From Clostridiales bacterium UBA5448 (lineage in GTDB: Bacteria > Bacillota > Clostridia > Oscillospirales > SIG627): a stretch of 64,000 nucleotides of DNA. Below are positions 1 to 10,418 of this stretch, one piece after another. The DNA is taken from assembly GCA_002427425.1 (NCBI GenBank), contig DIRA01000014.1, positions 363,540 to 427,539 on the forward strand, written 5' to 3'. How positions within the stretch are numbered: the first letter of the stretch is position 1; every line of letters begins with the position of its first letter. The notes below the pieces were generated by a model. It worked only from the letters and a program-made list of their open reading frames with translations, did no database searches and had not been told where the DNA came from. A program made the translations under genes and the position numbers.

Positions 1-119
1 TGATTTTGGAAATCAAATTCAACCATATTATGCCGGAACATATCGATCAGGTTCTGCGCAACGTTCCCCGGGAACGGATGGCCATATCCAAATTTGTATT
101 ATGCAGTGAAATGTTATAA
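1..119 (+). CDS. C-terminal fragment of a VTC-domain (polyphosphate-polymerase-like) protein; the 5' end lies outside the window
   Basis: The open frame from nt 3 reads ILEIKFNHIMPEHIDQVLRNVPRERMAISKFVLCSEML, with stop TAA at 117-119. This ending, plus a DUF4956 gene immediately downstream, matches the usual VTC/DUF4956 gene pair. Confidence 0.45.
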   Translation, partial: ILEIKFNHIMPEHIDQVLRNVPRERMAISKFVLCSEML

Positions 120-139
120 GAACGAAAAGGAGTATACGC

Positions 140-817
140 ATGAATAAAATTGCCCATGCCATAAAAGATCAGTTTGGAACCGAACTGGTAAAAAATCTTT
201 CTATGTCCCGCATTGTCCTGTCTTTGGTCATTGCCTTTGGGTTGGGATTATTTATCTTTTTTATCTATCGTGTTACGTATTCCGGCGTATTGTATCATCG
301 TACCTTTGCTTTTTCTCTGGTCATGCTGTCTATGATCACCGCGGTTGTCATCATGACCATCTCCTCCAACCTGGCGTTGTCGCTGGGTATGGTGGGCGCC
401 TTGTCCATCGTCCGTTTTCGTACCGCCGTCAAGGATGTCAATGACACCGTATTTATGTTCTGGGCCATTACAGCCGGAATCATGACCGGAACGGGGTATT
501 ACTTTATTTCATCCCTATCCACGTTGACGTTGGGATTGTTGTATTATTTGCTGGTTTTCTTTGGGTTCAAATCTCAAAAAAGCCTGTACTTATTGGTTAT
601 CCGCTATGATAAATCGGCGGCAAACAAAATCAATGGGCTCATTCATACCCTGCCCCGCAACAAAGTCAAATCCAAAACTGCCTCCTCCGGGGGGATTGAA
701 TTGGCTTTGGAAATCAAACTCAGTGATGAATCCCTCTCTTTGGTGGATAAAATGGAAGAGCAAGAGGGCATTCGCAGTGTGAGTTTATTAAGTTACACAG
801 GAGAAACGACAAGATAA
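140..817 (+). CDS. DUF4956 domain-containing membrane protein
   Basis: 225-aa ORF with several TM segments. It carries the hallmark stretch LSLGMVGALSIVRFRTAVKDVNDTVFMFWAI. GGAG RBS upstream. Confidence 0.7.
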   Translation: MNKIAHAIKDQFGTELVKNLSMSRIVLSLVIAFGLGLFIFFIYRVTYSGVLYHRTFAFSLVMLSMITAVVIMTISSNLALSLGMVGALSIVRFRTAVKDVNDTVFMFWAITAGIMTGTGYYFISSLSTLTLGLLYYLLVFFGFKSQKSLYLLVIRYDKSAANKINGLIHTLPRNKVKSKTASSGGIELALEIKLSDESLSLVDKMEEQEGIRSVSLLSYTGETTR

Positions 818-865
818 TCCGTCACGCTGTGTTATATTGCATGGTATCAATCTTGGGAGAATTTT

Positions 866-1339
866 ATGGCAGAAAAAAAAGAAAATCGTATCATTGCCAC
901 CAATAAAAAAGCATTTCACGATTATTTTGTGGAGGATTCCATTGAGGCGGGCATTTCTCTGGCAGGAACGGAAGTCAAATCCATTCGTCAGGGAGGCGTT
1001 AACCTCAAAGATTCCTTTTGCTTGGCGGAAGATGGCGAAATGTATGTAAGAAATTTACGAATCAGTCCCTATGAAAAGGGAAATATATTTAACAGGGATC
1101 CCATGCGGCCTAAAAAATTGCTGATGCATAAAAAAGAAATCATGCGTATGATGGGACTCGCTACCCGACAGGGATACAGCATGATTCCCTTATCCCTGTA
1201 TTGGAAAGGGTCAAAAGTCAAGGTGCAGGTAGGTTTATGCAAAGGCAAAAAACTCTACGATAAGCGAGAAACTGAAGCGGAAAAACAGCGTGAAATGGAT
1301 AACCGTCGTTATATTAAAAACATAGATAGAAATGATTGA
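866..1339 (+). CDS. smpB: SsrA-binding protein SmpB
   Basis: 157 aa. The N-terminal [29 protein letters not shown] and the basic C-terminal tail are typical of SmpB. Confidence 0.92.
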   Translation: MAEKKENRIIATNKKAFHDYFVEDSIEAGISLAGTEVKSIRQGGVNLKDSFCLAEDGEMYVRNLRISPYEKGNIFNRDPMRPKKLLMHKKEIMRMMGLATRQGYSMIPLSLYWKGSKVKVQVGLCKGKKLYDKRETEAEKQREMDNRRYIKNIDRND

Positions 1340-1359
1340 AAAGGAAATTGAAACAATTT

Positions 1360-3165
1360 ATGAGCAAACAAGAGAATATCCGTAATTTTTGCATTGTTGC
1401 CCATATTGACCATGGAAAATCCACTTTGGCGGACCGTCTGCTGGAAATGACCCATACTGTATCCGGTCGTGAAATGGAAGAACAGGTTTTGGATAACATG
1501 GACTTGGAAAGGGAACGAGGCATTACCATCAAAGCCAGAGCGGTCCGACTGGAGTATATCGATAAAGAGGGCCAAAAATATGCGTTTAATTTAATTGACA
1601 CACCGGGGCACGTAGACTTCAATTATGAGGTATCCCGTTCCCTGTCTGCCTGTGAAGGTGCTTTGCTGGTGGTGGATGCTACCCAGGGCATTCAGGCGCA
1701 AACCCTTGCCAATGGATATTTGGCATTCGATGCGGGGCTGGAGATCATTCCCGTGATCAACAAAGTGGACCTTCCCGCTGCCGATGTGGATGAAACACGG
1801 CATGAAATAGAAGAAATTGTGGGTATTCCCGCCGATGAAGCTCCCTGCATTTCCGCCAAAACCGGATTGAATATCGAGGCGGTGTTGGATGCGGTCATTC
1901 GTAGTGTGCCGGCACCCAAAGGCGATCCTTTTTCTCCTGCCCAAGCGTTGATTTTCGATGCGGTGTATGATTCCTACAAAGGGGTCATTGTGTATGTCCG
2001 CATGAAGGAAGGCACCTTGAAAAAAGGGCAGACCATTCGTATGATGGCCACCGGGGCAGAGTACGAAATCGTGGAAATCGGCTATTTGCGCCCTTTGGGA
2101 TTGGAACAGAAAGAATCGCTGGAAGCGGGAGAAGTGGGATTCTTGACCGCTGCCATCAAAACTTTGTCGGATGCCCAGGTAGGGGACACCATCACCACGG
2201 CGGAACATCCGGCATCTCAGCCCCTGCCCGGTTATAAAAAAGCACTACCTATGGTATATTCCGGTGTGTATCCGGCGGACGGTTCGCATTACGGCGATTT
2301 GCGGGATGCTTTAGATAAACTGATACTCAATGATGCCTCCTTGGTATTTGAACCGGATACGTCCGTAGCCTTGGGTTTTGGATTCCGCTGCGGATACTTG
2401 GGACTTTTGCATATGGAAATTGTGCTGGAGCGGCTGGAACGGGAATTCAATTTGGACTTGATTACCACCGCACCCAGTGTTATCTATCAATTGCAGATGA
2501 CCAACGGGCAAACCGTCATGATCGACAACCCGACCAATTATCCGCCGTCAGAGCAGATCACGGCGGCTTTGGAGCCGATGGTGAAAGCCAGCATTATTCT
2601 GCCCACCGAGTTTGTAGGCAGCATTATGGATTTGTGTCAGGACAGACGGGGAGTCTTGATCGATTTGAAATACTTAGGTCCCGATCGGGTGGAGCTGCAC
2701 TATCACTTACCTTTGAATGAAATTATTTATGATTTTTTTGATGCCTTGAAATCCCGCAGCAAAGGGTATGCATCTCTAGATTATGAATTGCTGGGATATG
2801 AAAAATCCACTTTGGTGAAGCTGGATATTCTGTTAAACGGAGAAGTGGTGGATGCCTTGTCTTTCATTGTTCATGCGGAAAAAGCGTATCCCCGCGCCAG
2901 AAGAATTGTGGAAAAATTGAAAGATAACATTCCGCGCCAGTTGTTTGAAATCCCCGTTCAGGCTGCCATCGGCGGGAAAATCATCGCCCGGGAAACCGTA
3001 AAAGCCATGCGCAAGGACGTTTTGGCAAAATGTTACGGCGGCGACATTTCCCGCAAGAAAAAACTGCTTGAAAAACAAAAAGAAGGTAAAAAGAAAATGC
3101 GCCAGTTAGGTTCTGTGGAAGTGTCCAAGGAAGCCTTCATGGCGGTGCTGAAATTAGATGAATAA
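1360..3165 (+). CDS. lepA: Translation elongation factor 4 (LepA)
   Basis: [23 protein letters not shown]1 motif, [12 protein letters not shown], and the LepA-specific C-terminus. The ATG at 1360 is preferred over the TTG at 1336, which overlaps the end of smpB. Confidence 0.95.
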   Translation: MSKQENIRNFCIVAHIDHGKSTLADRLLEMTHTVSGREMEEQVLDNMDLERERGITIKARAVRLEYIDKEGQKYAFNLIDTPGHVDFNYEVSRSLSACEGALLVVDATQGIQAQTLANGYLAFDAGLEIIPVINKVDLPAADVDETRHEIEEIVGIPADEAPCISAKTGLNIEAVLDAVIRSVPAPKGDPFSPAQALIFDAVYDSYKGVIVYVRMKEGTLKKGQTIRMMATGAEYEIVEIGYLRPLGLEQKESLEAGEVGFLTAAIKTLSDAQVGDTITTAEHPASQPLPGYKKALPMVYSGVYPADGSHYGDLRDALDKLILNDASLVFEPDTSVALGFGFRCGYLGLLHMEIVLERLEREFNLDLITTAPSVIYQLQMTNGQTVMIDNPTNYPPSEQITAALEPMVKASIILPTEFVGSIMDLCQDRRGVLIDLKYLGPDRVELHYHLPLNEIIYDFFDALKSRSKGYASLDYELLGYEKSTLVKLDILLNGEVVDALSFIVHAEKAYPRARRIVEKLKDNIPRQLFEIPVQAAIGGKIIARETVKAMRKDVLAKCYGGDISRKKKLLEKQKEGKKKMRQLGSVEVSKEAFMAVLKLDE

Positions 3166-4255
3166 ACTGGGTTTATATATTCACATCCCCTTTTGTCGGC
3201 AAAAATGCCGGTACTGTGCCTTTTATTCGTCTCGACCCCGACCGCAAGACATATCCCGCTATGTCAAAGCCGTGGTGCGCCAGCTTGATTCCTATGATGA
3301 GGATTTACAGGATTATCACATAGACACCGTATATTTTGGGGGCGGGACGCCGTCCTTGTTAAGCGAAGGGGATATGGCGCAACTGATGGATGCCATTCGT
3401 AGGTATCCCCTGTCGGAACATGCCGAAATCACCTGCGAGTGCAATCCCGACAGTGCCACGGAAAACAAACTTTTGTCCTATGCTTCTTTGGGCATCAATC
3501 GTATCAGCATCGGTATGCAGTCGGGACAACAGGACGAACTCCGGGCTTTGGGCAGATTGCATACCCATGAAAAGACAGCCGCTTGCGTAGCGGCCTGTAA
3601 ACAAGCCGGCATCGAGAACATCTCTTTGGATCTGTTGTTGAGCATTCCCCATCAAACTCCGGACAGCTTGATGGATTCCCTGCAAAAAGCCGTGGATCTA
3701 CATCCCGCCCACCTATCGGTTTACGGGCTGAAAATCGAGGAAAAAACGCCTTTTTTCTTAGACCCTCCCCCCATGCCGGACGAGGACACAGAGTGGGAAG
3801 CCTATCAAAATACCTTTGCTTTTTTAGAATCAATGGGGTATAATCAATATGAGATTTCCAATGCGGCAAAGCCGGGTTTTGAAAGCCGGCATAACAACAA
3901 GTACTGGAAACGGGATGAAACCTTGGGGTTAGGTCCTGCTGCCCATTCCTTTTTCAAGGGCAGGCGGTTTTATCAGGAAGCGGATACGGCAGCGTTTATG
4001 CAAGGAAACAAAAACATCGTGCAGGAGCCTCCGCTGACAGCTCGGGATATATTGGAAGAAACCGTGATGCTGGGGCTGCGATTAAAAGAGGGCGTGGATG
4101 TAACACCCCTATCCCCTTCTCCTCAAACCATATCCTTTCTTGAACAGTTGGAAAAAGAAGCATACTGTACCTATCACAAGGGTGTTTTGTCTTTAACACG
4201 GAAAGGATTTTTTCTTTCCAACACCATCATTACATCGTTGTTGAATCTCATATAA
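3158..4255 (+). CDS. hemW: Radical SAM heme chaperone HemW (coproporphyrinogen III oxidase-like)
   Basis: [10 protein letters not shown] radical-SAM CxxxCxxC motif near the N-terminus, a GGGTPS motif, 365 aa, and the conserved lepA-hemW gene order. The start overlaps the lepA stop. Confidence 0.85.
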   Translation: MNKLGLYIHIPFCRQKCRYCAFYSSRPRPQDISRYVKAVVRQLDSYDEDLQDYHIDTVYFGGGTPSLLSEGDMAQLMDAIRRYPLSEHAEITCECNPDSATENKLLSYASLGINRISIGMQSGQQDELRALGRLHTHEKTAACVAACKQAGIENISLDLLLSIPHQTPDSLMDSLQKAVDLHPAHLSVYGLKIEEKTPFFLDPPPMPDEDTEWEAYQNTFAFLESMGYNQYEISNAAKPGFESRHNNKYWKRDETLGLGPAAHSFFKGRRFYQEADTAAFMQGNKNIVQEPPLTARDILEETVMLGLRLKEGVDVTPLSPSPQTISFLEQLEKEAYCTYHKGVLSLTRKGFFLSNTIITSLLNLI

Positions 4256-4267
4256 GGAGTTAAATTC

Positions 4268-5305
4268 ATGCGAAAATTTGGGGGCGTTCTCTTGGCGCTT
4301 TGTTTGCTGTTGCCGGTGTTGTTTTCCTGTGGAGAAGAAATGGGCGTACAAGGGGAAAGCAATCCCTTGGGGATACATTTTACCTATCCTCAGGGGTGGA
4401 TTGTTACGCGAAACGATGCCAATTTGTTTCAAATCGCGTATCAGGAAAAGAATACGGATTCCTTGGTATTATCCAGTTTTTCCGTGTCTATTTTATCTTC
4501 TCTTGCTGAAGGGGTTTTGTTGCGAGAGTATGTGAACGGCGATTATAAAAAGACCTTTGAAGACGTTTATTCCGATGTAAGCGAAATCAAAGTGGCTCAA
4601 ATAAAAGTAGATGGGTACATGGCGCTCAGTTGTGTTTTTACCTGTACGGGGGGCGGCAGAAAACTGCGTATTCGCCAAGTTCTTTGTCCGGTGGAAACCT
4701 CTTTCTATGCCCTGACCTATGTGGCAGGCGCTGACGATTATGATAATCATGTCAATGAAATCAATGATATTCTCAAATCGGTGGTTTTTACGGAAAAAAC
4801 AAGTGTGAACAACACCCTGGAAGGAACCACACAAGGGGCTGCCCTGGGGATGCTGCTTGCCACCAACGATGCCTTGTATTTTGCCGTGAATTATCCCCAA
4901 AATTGGGACTTGTTGCAAAATGACGGCTTGATTTTGGTGAAAGCCAAGGATGCCAATGTGACGGTGAGCGCGACGGCGATTTCCACTTTATCCGGTGTCA
5001 AGGTTTTATCCGAAGATGTGGGGGATTTCTTTGATCAGCTTACAAAAACCTTTATCCGGCTGTCCTTTGAGCAGGTCAATGAAGACGGATCTCCCCGGGG
5101 AACCGAAATACGGGTGGCGGGAAGAGAAGCTGCCTCATATGTATACGCGTATACTTTTTCAGAGGTGGAATTCAAATGCCGTTTGACCGCGTTTTATGAT
5201 GAGGAAGGGTATTTCCACACCATATTGTATACCGCATCGGCGCAGGATTATGAGGTGTATTTACCCCAAGCCAATGCCATTTTAAATCACTTTGTTTTAA
5301 AATAA
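4268..5305 (+). CDS. Putative lipoprotein with two tandem related domains
   Basis: Signal peptide plus lipobox (LLPVLFSCG). There is an internal duplication: YPQGWIVTRNDANLFQIAY in the first half and YPQNWDLLQNDGLILVKAK in the second. No catalytic motif was recognised. Confidence 0.6.
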   Translation: MRKFGGVLLALCLLLPVLFSCGEEMGVQGESNPLGIHFTYPQGWIVTRNDANLFQIAYQEKNTDSLVLSSFSVSILSSLAEGVLLREYVNGDYKKTFEDVYSDVSEIKVAQIKVDGYMALSCVFTCTGGGRKLRIRQVLCPVETSFYALTYVAGADDYDNHVNEINDILKSVVFTEKTSVNNTLEGTTQGAALGMLLATNDALYFAVNYPQNWDLLQNDGLILVKAKDANVTVSATAISTLSGVKVLSEDVGDFFDQLTKTFIRLSFEQVNEDGSPRGTEIRVAGREAASYVYAYTFSEVEFKCRLTAFYDEEGYFHTILYTASAQDYEVYLPQANAILNHFVLK

Positions 5306-5344
5306 CAATAACAGCGATGAGTGCTAACTCATCGCTGTTATTGT
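5305..5344. terminator. Bidirectional hairpin between convergent genes
   Basis: Perfect 17-bp inverted repeat: ACAATAACAGCGATGAG, loop TGCTAA, CTCATCGCTGTTATTGT. It starts at the + gene stop and covers the stop of the minus-strand gene. T-rich flanks are weak. Confidence 0.6.
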
Positions 5345-5772
5345 GTTACCGTTTCTTTGCCCCGGGTTTCGGGAAATTCCACGGAGGTCGTACTGACGGT
5401 CAAAGTGAGATTGTTTTGGTACATATATCCTTTGAGCGTACCGGTCACCGATATCCAGTCGTTTGCCTGCGGGGCTTTGCCTGCGGTGAAGGTGAATTCC
5501 AGTCCCGCCATGGCATCGTTGTTGCAGCAGCCCGGTCCGTTTCGATATACAAAATAGTACGTGACTTTTTCTTCCTCGTCGTAGTAGGTGGCACACAGTC
5601 CTTCCAAATGCACGGTTTTTCCTAAGTAACTGTTGGGATTGGTATACAGTTCGTTGATGTAGGAAATATAAAAATCTTCCGTAATATCCAGATCCACGTT
5701 CGTGTTCTTTTCCTGACATCCGTTCAAGAGAAAACAAGCGCACAAAGCAAGCAATACAATATGCCTTTTCAT
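5338..5772 (-). CDS. Lipoprotein with a CCxxDA motif; last gene of the zur-znu operon
   Basis: Lipobox FLLNGCQ, 144 aa, motif GPGCCNNDAMAGLEF. The gap to the znuB stop is only 3 nt. Confidence 0.6.
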   Translation of the reverse strand: MKRHIVLLALCACFLLNGCQEKNTNVDLDITEDFYISYINELYTNPNSYLGKTVHLEGLCATYYDEEEKVTYYFVYRNGPGCCNNDAMAGLEFTFTAGKAPQANDWISVTGTLKGYMYQNNLTLTVSTTSVEFPETRGKETVTQ

Positions 5773-5775
5773 ACA

Positions 5776-6621
5776 TTATCCCTTTCCGGTTAACCTACCC
5801 GCCACGGAAAAAAGAAGAAATGCCATCAAATCGACGGTGATGACGGTAGGACCTGTCCGCAACCCAAGGAGAGAGGCGGTGAAAAAACCAAAGACAAAGC
5901 AGATCACCGAAACCACGGCGGAGCAAAGAATTACCGCGCGAAAACTTTTGCACACCCGCATGGAGGTGAGGGCAGGGAAAATAATCATCCCTGAGATCAT
6001 CACCGTACCCAGCATCCGCATGCCCAATACAATGGTGATGGCGGTGAGAATGGCGATGAGCATTTTATAGGTACCCACCCGGATACCGGTGGCTTGCCCG
6101 AAGTTTTCGTCAAAAGTAATGGAGAAAATTCGGTTATAAAAAGCACCGAACAAGACAAGTACGACAACCGAAAGAGCCAAAGACAACAATAAATCTTTGT
6201 TGGTGATGTTTAGAATCGAGGTATTACCGAATAAACTGCTGCACATATCCCCTGAAGAGCCAGTGCCGGCTTTTTCGTAAATGAGAGAACCCACGGCAAT
6301 GGCAGAAGTGGAAAGGAGAGCAATGGCGGCATCCCCTTTGATTTTACTATGTTCGCTTAGACGCAAAATACAAAAAGCGGCAACCACTACAATGGGTACC
6401 GAAATTTCCAGGGTGTATTCCTGTTGCAGATTCAAGGCGGTGGCAATGGCAATGGCACCGAACCCCACATGGGACAGCCCATCCCCGATCATGGAATACC
6501 GTTTCAGCACTAAACTTACCCCCAACAGGGAGGCGCAAAGAGAAACAAACACGCCAACCACAAGGGCTTTGACGACAATGCTTGTGATGACGGGGTTGGA
6601 AAACATGGCGGCAATACTCAT
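5776..6621 (-). CDS. znuB: Metal (zinc-type) ABC transporter permease
   Basis: 281 aa and polytopic, with the ABC-3 family look (GDAAIALLSTSAIAVG; ISGMIIFPALT). It overlaps the upstream ATPase gene by 4 nt. Confidence 0.75.
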   Translation of the reverse strand: MSIAAMFSNPVITSIVVKALVVGVFVSLCASLLGVSLVLKRYSMIGDGLSHVGFGAIAIATALNLQQEYTLEISVPIVVVAAFCILRLSEHSKIKGDAAIALLSTSAIAVGSLIYEKAGTGSSGDMCSSLFGNTSILNITNKDLLLSLALSVVVLVLFGAFYNRIFSITFDENFGQATGIRVGTYKMLIAILTAITIVLGMRMLGTVMISGMIIFPALTSMRVCKSFRAVILCSAVVSVICFVFGFFTASLLGLRTGPTVITVDLMAFLLFSVAGRLTGKG

Positions 6622-7322
6622 GCGATGCCTCCTTCCGTGAACAGCTTGCCCACGCTGGAGGAAACATAGTCCTCTTTCGTACCGTAAAACAAAGGCTTAT
6701 AATGCATATGGAGAATATGCTTGGCATAGGTGACTGCGGCGCTCATGTCATGGGATACCATGATGACGGTAATGCCTTCCCGATTGATTTCATCGATGAC
6801 CCGGTATAAATCCACGGTTGCCAACGGATCAAGACCTGCGGTGGGTTCATCCAACAACAGCAGTTTTTCCGTGGCGCACAAGGCTCTCGCCAATAATACC
6901 CTTTGCTTCTGTCCCTCGGATAATTCCCGAAAACAATGTTTCGCCAGATAATCAATATGAAGTTTTTTCATGGTAAACATGGCGGTTTTTTTGTTTTTTG
7001 CCGTATAAAAGGGGCGGAATTCCTTGTCACTTAGACAACCGGACAAAACCACTTCCTGTACCGAAGCAGGAAAATCCCGCTGAATGACGGTCTGCTGGGG
7101 CAAATATCCGATTTCCCGCTGTTGTAGACCGCCGCCGAAGATGATCTCTCCGGAAAAAGGTTTTTTGATACCCAAAATCCCTTTCATCAAGGTGGATTTC
7201 CCCGAACCGTTTTCCCCGACAATACACAGGTAATCCCCTGTGTCCACTTGAAAATCGAGTCCTTGTGCCACACATCTTCCGTCATAGGCAAAAGACGCTT
7301 GATTGACTGTAATCAATGCCAT
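6618..7322 (-). CDS. znuC: Metal ABC transporter ATP-binding protein
   Basis: Walker A GENGSGKST, signature LSEGQKQR, Walker B LLLLDEP. 234 aa. Confidence 0.85.
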   Translation of the reverse strand: MALITVNQASFAYDGRCVAQGLDFQVDTGDYLCIVGENGSGKSTLMKGILGIKKPFSGEIIFGGGLQQREIGYLPQQTVIQRDFPASVQEVVLSGCLSDKEFRPFYTAKNKKTAMFTMKKLHIDYLAKHCFRELSEGQKQRVLLARALCATEKLLLLDEPTAGLDPLATVDLYRVIDEINREGITVIMVSHDMSAAVTYAKHILHMHYKPLFYGTKEDYVSSSVGKLFTEGGIA

Positions 7323-8293
7323 CAGTTGAGAGCCTCCGCTAAATAATCTGCGTTTTGATACATCAGTTCCAAATAAGTCACGCCTTTGTCAAAGTCTGCT
7401 TTAGATACATTGTGGCAGGAGTGCAGCAAACGTTTTTGCGCTCTCGTACTTTGGCACAAGGTGTCGGCTGTTTTTTCGCTGGAAAATTCAATAAAAAAAA
7501 CAATGGGAATGTGTTTAGACTCTATTTTTTCGATTAAAAAGTTGATGGTGGCAAGAGAGGGATCGTTTTGGGTGGAACAGCCCGCAAAGGCGGCGTAATA
7601 GGTCAAGCCGTAATCCTTAGCCAGGTAAATAAAAGGAAAACGTTCTGCCAGAACAATGGTTTTGCGCTTCCCCCCATCCACCACGCTTTGGAATTGATCA
7701 TCCAGTTTGTCCAGTTCCTTGAGATAGGCGGCGGTGTTTTCCTGATAATACGTTGCGTTTTCTTCATCGATGGCGCACAATGAATCACAAATGGCCTGCA
7801 CGATCTTTTTCGCATTTTTGGGAGAGGTCCAAATATGCTCGTCCGGTTCGGCCTCTTCGTGGTCATGATGATCCTCGTCCCTCTGTTCGGCTTCTTCATG
7901 ATGGTCGTCATGTTTGTGTTCCATGCCTTCCACCGTTTCTTCATTGACGGTGTTCACTTTATCCATGAGGGTCAGGCGGGTCAGGTTGCCGCTGTCCAAG
8001 ATTTCCAGAGAATCATTGACCCACGTATCGGATTCTCCGCCCACATATATGAACAAATCAGCCGCCTGTATATTCATCAGTTCTGAGAGGGTGGCTTCAT
8101 AGTAATGGCTTTCGCATCCCGGAGATAGGAGCATGGTCACTTCTACCTTGCCCTTACCGATTTGTTTGACAAAATCATAGGGCGGATAGTTGGTGACGTA
8201 GACCTTCACTTTTTCGGTATTCTCTTCTTGGCAGGACATGGTTAATGGCAGGAGTAACAACATGATCAGCAACAGACAAAGTGATTTTTTCAT
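7322..8293 (-). CDS. znuA: Metal ABC transporter substrate-binding lipoprotein with a His/acidic-rich loop (ZnuA/AdcA-like)
   Basis: The start was moved to MKKSLCLLLIMLLLL (signal peptide, lipobox MSCQ). The longer ORF to 8446 overlaps zur in another frame. The His-rich loop EHKHDDHHEEAEQRDEDHHDHEEAEPDEH is typical of zinc-specific cluster-9 binding proteins. Confidence 0.8.
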   Translation of the reverse strand: MKKSLCLLLIMLLLLPLTMSCQEENTEKVKVYVTNYPPYDFVKQIGKGKVEVTMLLSPGCESHYYEATLSELMNIQAADLFIYVGGESDTWVNDSLEILDSGNLTRLTLMDKVNTVNEETVEGMEHKHDDHHEEAEQRDEDHHDHEEAEPDEHIWTSPKNAKKIVQAICDSLCAIDEENATYYQENTAAYLKELDKLDDQFQSVVDGGKRKTIVLAERFPFIYLAKDYGLTYYAAFAGCSTQNDPSLATINFLIEKIESKHIPIVFFIEFSSEKTADTLCQSTRAQKRLLHSCHNVSKADFDKGVTYLELMYQNADYLAEALN

Positions 8294-8712
8294 GGTTGAA
8301 TGTTTCCTTTCCCGCAATGGGTACATGCGCCGTAAATCACGGAGCGGTCGCTGCCGATGATAAAGGCGTGGCTTTCGATGACATGGTGCTGCACATGTTT
8401 CAGTTCCCGGCAATCCATATGGATCAGCAAACCGCATTTCACACATTTTAAATGGAAATGATGGTCACAGTCGTCGCTGCCCGAAACGTATTGATATACA
8501 AAACGATTACGCTTGGCAGTCTCAAATCTGCGGACGATGCCTTGCTGCAGCAATTGACTCACTTGTCTGTACACCGTGCTTTTGGGTACCGGTTCCCCGC
8601 TGCCGGAGAGCCCGGCGGTAATTTCGTCGATGGAAAAATGGTTGTCTTCATGTTGAGACAGAAAATCTAAAATCCGCTTTTTATGCGCCGTCATGTAATA
8701 TTCTCGTTCCAT
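8290..8712 (-). CDS. zur: Fur-family metalloregulator, probably Zur
   Basis: 140 aa with a winged-helix region (STVYRQVSQLLQQGIVRR), HHFHLKCVKCG and a C-terminal CTHCG Cys pair. It is the first gene of the zinc-transport operon. AAGGAGA RBS. Confidence 0.75.
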   Translation of the reverse strand: MEREYYMTAHKKRILDFLSQHEDNHFSIDEITAGLSGSGEPVPKSTVYRQVSQLLQQGIVRRFETAKRNRFVYQYVSGSDDCDHHFHLKCVKCGLLIHMDCRELKHVQHHVIESHAFIIGSDRSVIYGACTHCGKGNIQP

Positions 8713-8790
8713 ACCGTTCTCCTTAAAATGAGAAAGATTCCCATATTCAGAGTATATACCGACCTATTCCCTTTGTCAAGAGCTTTCATC

Positions 8791-8819
8791 AAAAAAACAC
8801 AGCCGACGCTGTGTTTTTT
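8791..8819. terminator. Intrinsic terminator between tandem minus-strand genes
   Basis: AAAAAAACACAGC-CGAC-GCTGTGTTTTTT, a hairpin flanked by A and T tracts. It lies between the start of the zur operon and the end of the WG-repeat gene. Confidence 0.75.
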
Positions 8820-8828
8820 GAAGTGAAT

Positions 8829-10208
8829 TTATGAGAGCTTGGTTTTTTGGAGAACCGACCATCCCGTATCATGGGAATACCCGCACAAAATTCCCCCGGA
8901 ACAAGAAGTGATTTCATCAAAATACAAGGGAATTTGAAAGGTGCCGTCGGTATCGATGACGCATTTTTTTCCGTTTCGGTAGCCGCAGACCGCCAATCCT
9001 TCATGAAAAGGTTTGGCATAGGTGTACACAGGGGCTGTTATCCAGTTGCCGGTATGGGAATAATATCCATACAAGCCGTCTTTCTCCAACAAAAAGACGC
9101 CATCTGAATATGAAAGAACTGTATATCCGGCAGGCAGAAAAAAAATAGCACCTTTATCGGTAAGAATAATTTCTTCATCGCTGGTGGTTTTATTATTATG
9201 AATCACCTTCAAACGGCAACGCATGAGACCGGAGTCAAAATAAAAATACCCCATACTTTCCGCGCCGTTGGTTGCAGGGAGATACAGTGAATAGGAAGTG
9301 AAAAGAGGGACATGGAGTTTTTCAACCGATCGTATGGAAAGACGCCCGTTTTTTCCTGCCAAAAGAACGAATCCTTCATGAGGTGCATAGGCTTTTTGGT
9401 AGCCGGACGCGATGAGTTTGATTGGGTTGGAGGCATACGCATACCCCACGGTGCCGTCGGTATATACCTTAACGATATGGTCGGTGTCGGACTTGCCGAA
9501 ATAGGAAGGATAATCATAGACCAGCCCTCGGTCGTCTTTGCTTGGATCATAGGAAGAGGGCTGAAAGGCGCGGGCGGCTTCGTTAAAATATAAATATTTA
9601 TTATCCTGCATAAACACAGGGTGATCATGTTTATCTCTGGCTGCCAGCAGTACCAAATTGCCCGGCATGGTTTCGTAAATCACCTGTCCGTACTTGTCAA
9701 ACAATGACAGAGTGCCGTCTTCATTCTGACGGAAAAGAAAACCCATGCGTGCATACAAAAGGGGAGAATATTCTACATATTGTACTTCTTCGCCGTCGTC
9801 GTCTTCTTCAAACACTTCGTCCTCATCATAGGAGTAGAGATGTTCTATGTTGGGAAGGGCAGAAAGCAACGTGAAGCCATGGTGAGCCGGGTCGAACTTT
9901 TCATCGGTGACAATGCCCGTATTGCTTGTAGCAAACAGGGCGAAAAACCGCTTTGCGTTCAGGAGAGTCATTTTCTCCGCCTGTGAACCGGTGATACCCT
10001 GAGAAGTAGGGTTATCCGCCCCGGTTTTAATCGGTCTTTCAAGGGGTTCGGAAGGCTTGAGGATTGACAAAGACGGATGGGGCAAACCAGGGAGAAGCAA
10101 ATCACCGCGTAGGTAAAACACGGTGATATATCCCAATGCCACGGCACAAAGAGCATACAGCGCTTGTTTGATATATTCTTTCATACGGCTTTGTTTTCCG
10201 TAAGGCAT
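8829..10208 (-). CDS. WG-repeat (KWG-type) containing membrane-anchored protein
   Basis: N-terminal TM segment, then repeated xYGYxxxxGxxxIxPxYxxAxxFxEGLA-type units (for example YGYYSHTGNWITAPVYTYAKPFHEGLAV). Confidence 0.65.
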   Translation of the reverse strand: MPYGKQSRMKEYIKQALYALCAVALGYITVFYLRGDLLLPGLPHPSLSILKPSEPLERPIKTGADNPTSQGITGSQAEKMTLLNAKRFFALFATSNTGIVTDEKFDPAHHGFTLLSALPNIEHLYSYDEDEVFEEDDDGEEVQYVEYSPLLYARMGFLFRQNEDGTLSLFDKYGQVIYETMPGNLVLLAARDKHDHPVFMQDNKYLYFNEAARAFQPSSYDPSKDDRGLVYDYPSYFGKSDTDHIVKVYTDGTVGYAYASNPIKLIASGYQKAYAPHEGFVLLAGKNGRLSIRSVEKLHVPLFTSYSLYLPATNGAESMGYFYFDSGLMRCRLKVIHNNKTTSDEEIILTDKGAIFFLPAGYTVLSYSDGVFLLEKDGLYGYYSHTGNWITAPVYTYAKPFHEGLAVCGYRNGKKCVIDTDGTFQIPLYFDEITSCSGGILCGYSHDTGWSVLQKTKLS

Positions 10209-10418
10209 GGCTGTACTCCTCCTTGTGTTTTTAGTTCATTTTACCATATTCCCTCAAAATTGCAAGGGGAAAGATGTAAAGAAAAAACGAAATGCCGATT
10301 CTTGTTGAAAATGTTTGCAAAAGGATTGATTTTCGCCGGGATTTTTGTTATACTTAGCGTGTGGATTTATTTGTAAATTTATTTTACGCTATTCTGGTTA
10401 CATCATACATAAGAAAGG

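Noticed and set aside
817-1360. A tmRNA (ssrA) gene next to smpB
   Set aside because: smpB is followed immediately by lepA, so there is no room and no tRNA-like acceptor or TψC sequence.
8294-8446. Upstream extension of the znuA ORF
   Set aside because: It overlaps the 3' end of zur in another frame. The signal peptide and lipobox start at the internal Met (8293).
8713-8790. A Zur box upstream of zur
   Set aside because: No palindrome resembling the AT-rich Zur/Fur-type operator was recognisable in the short upstream region.
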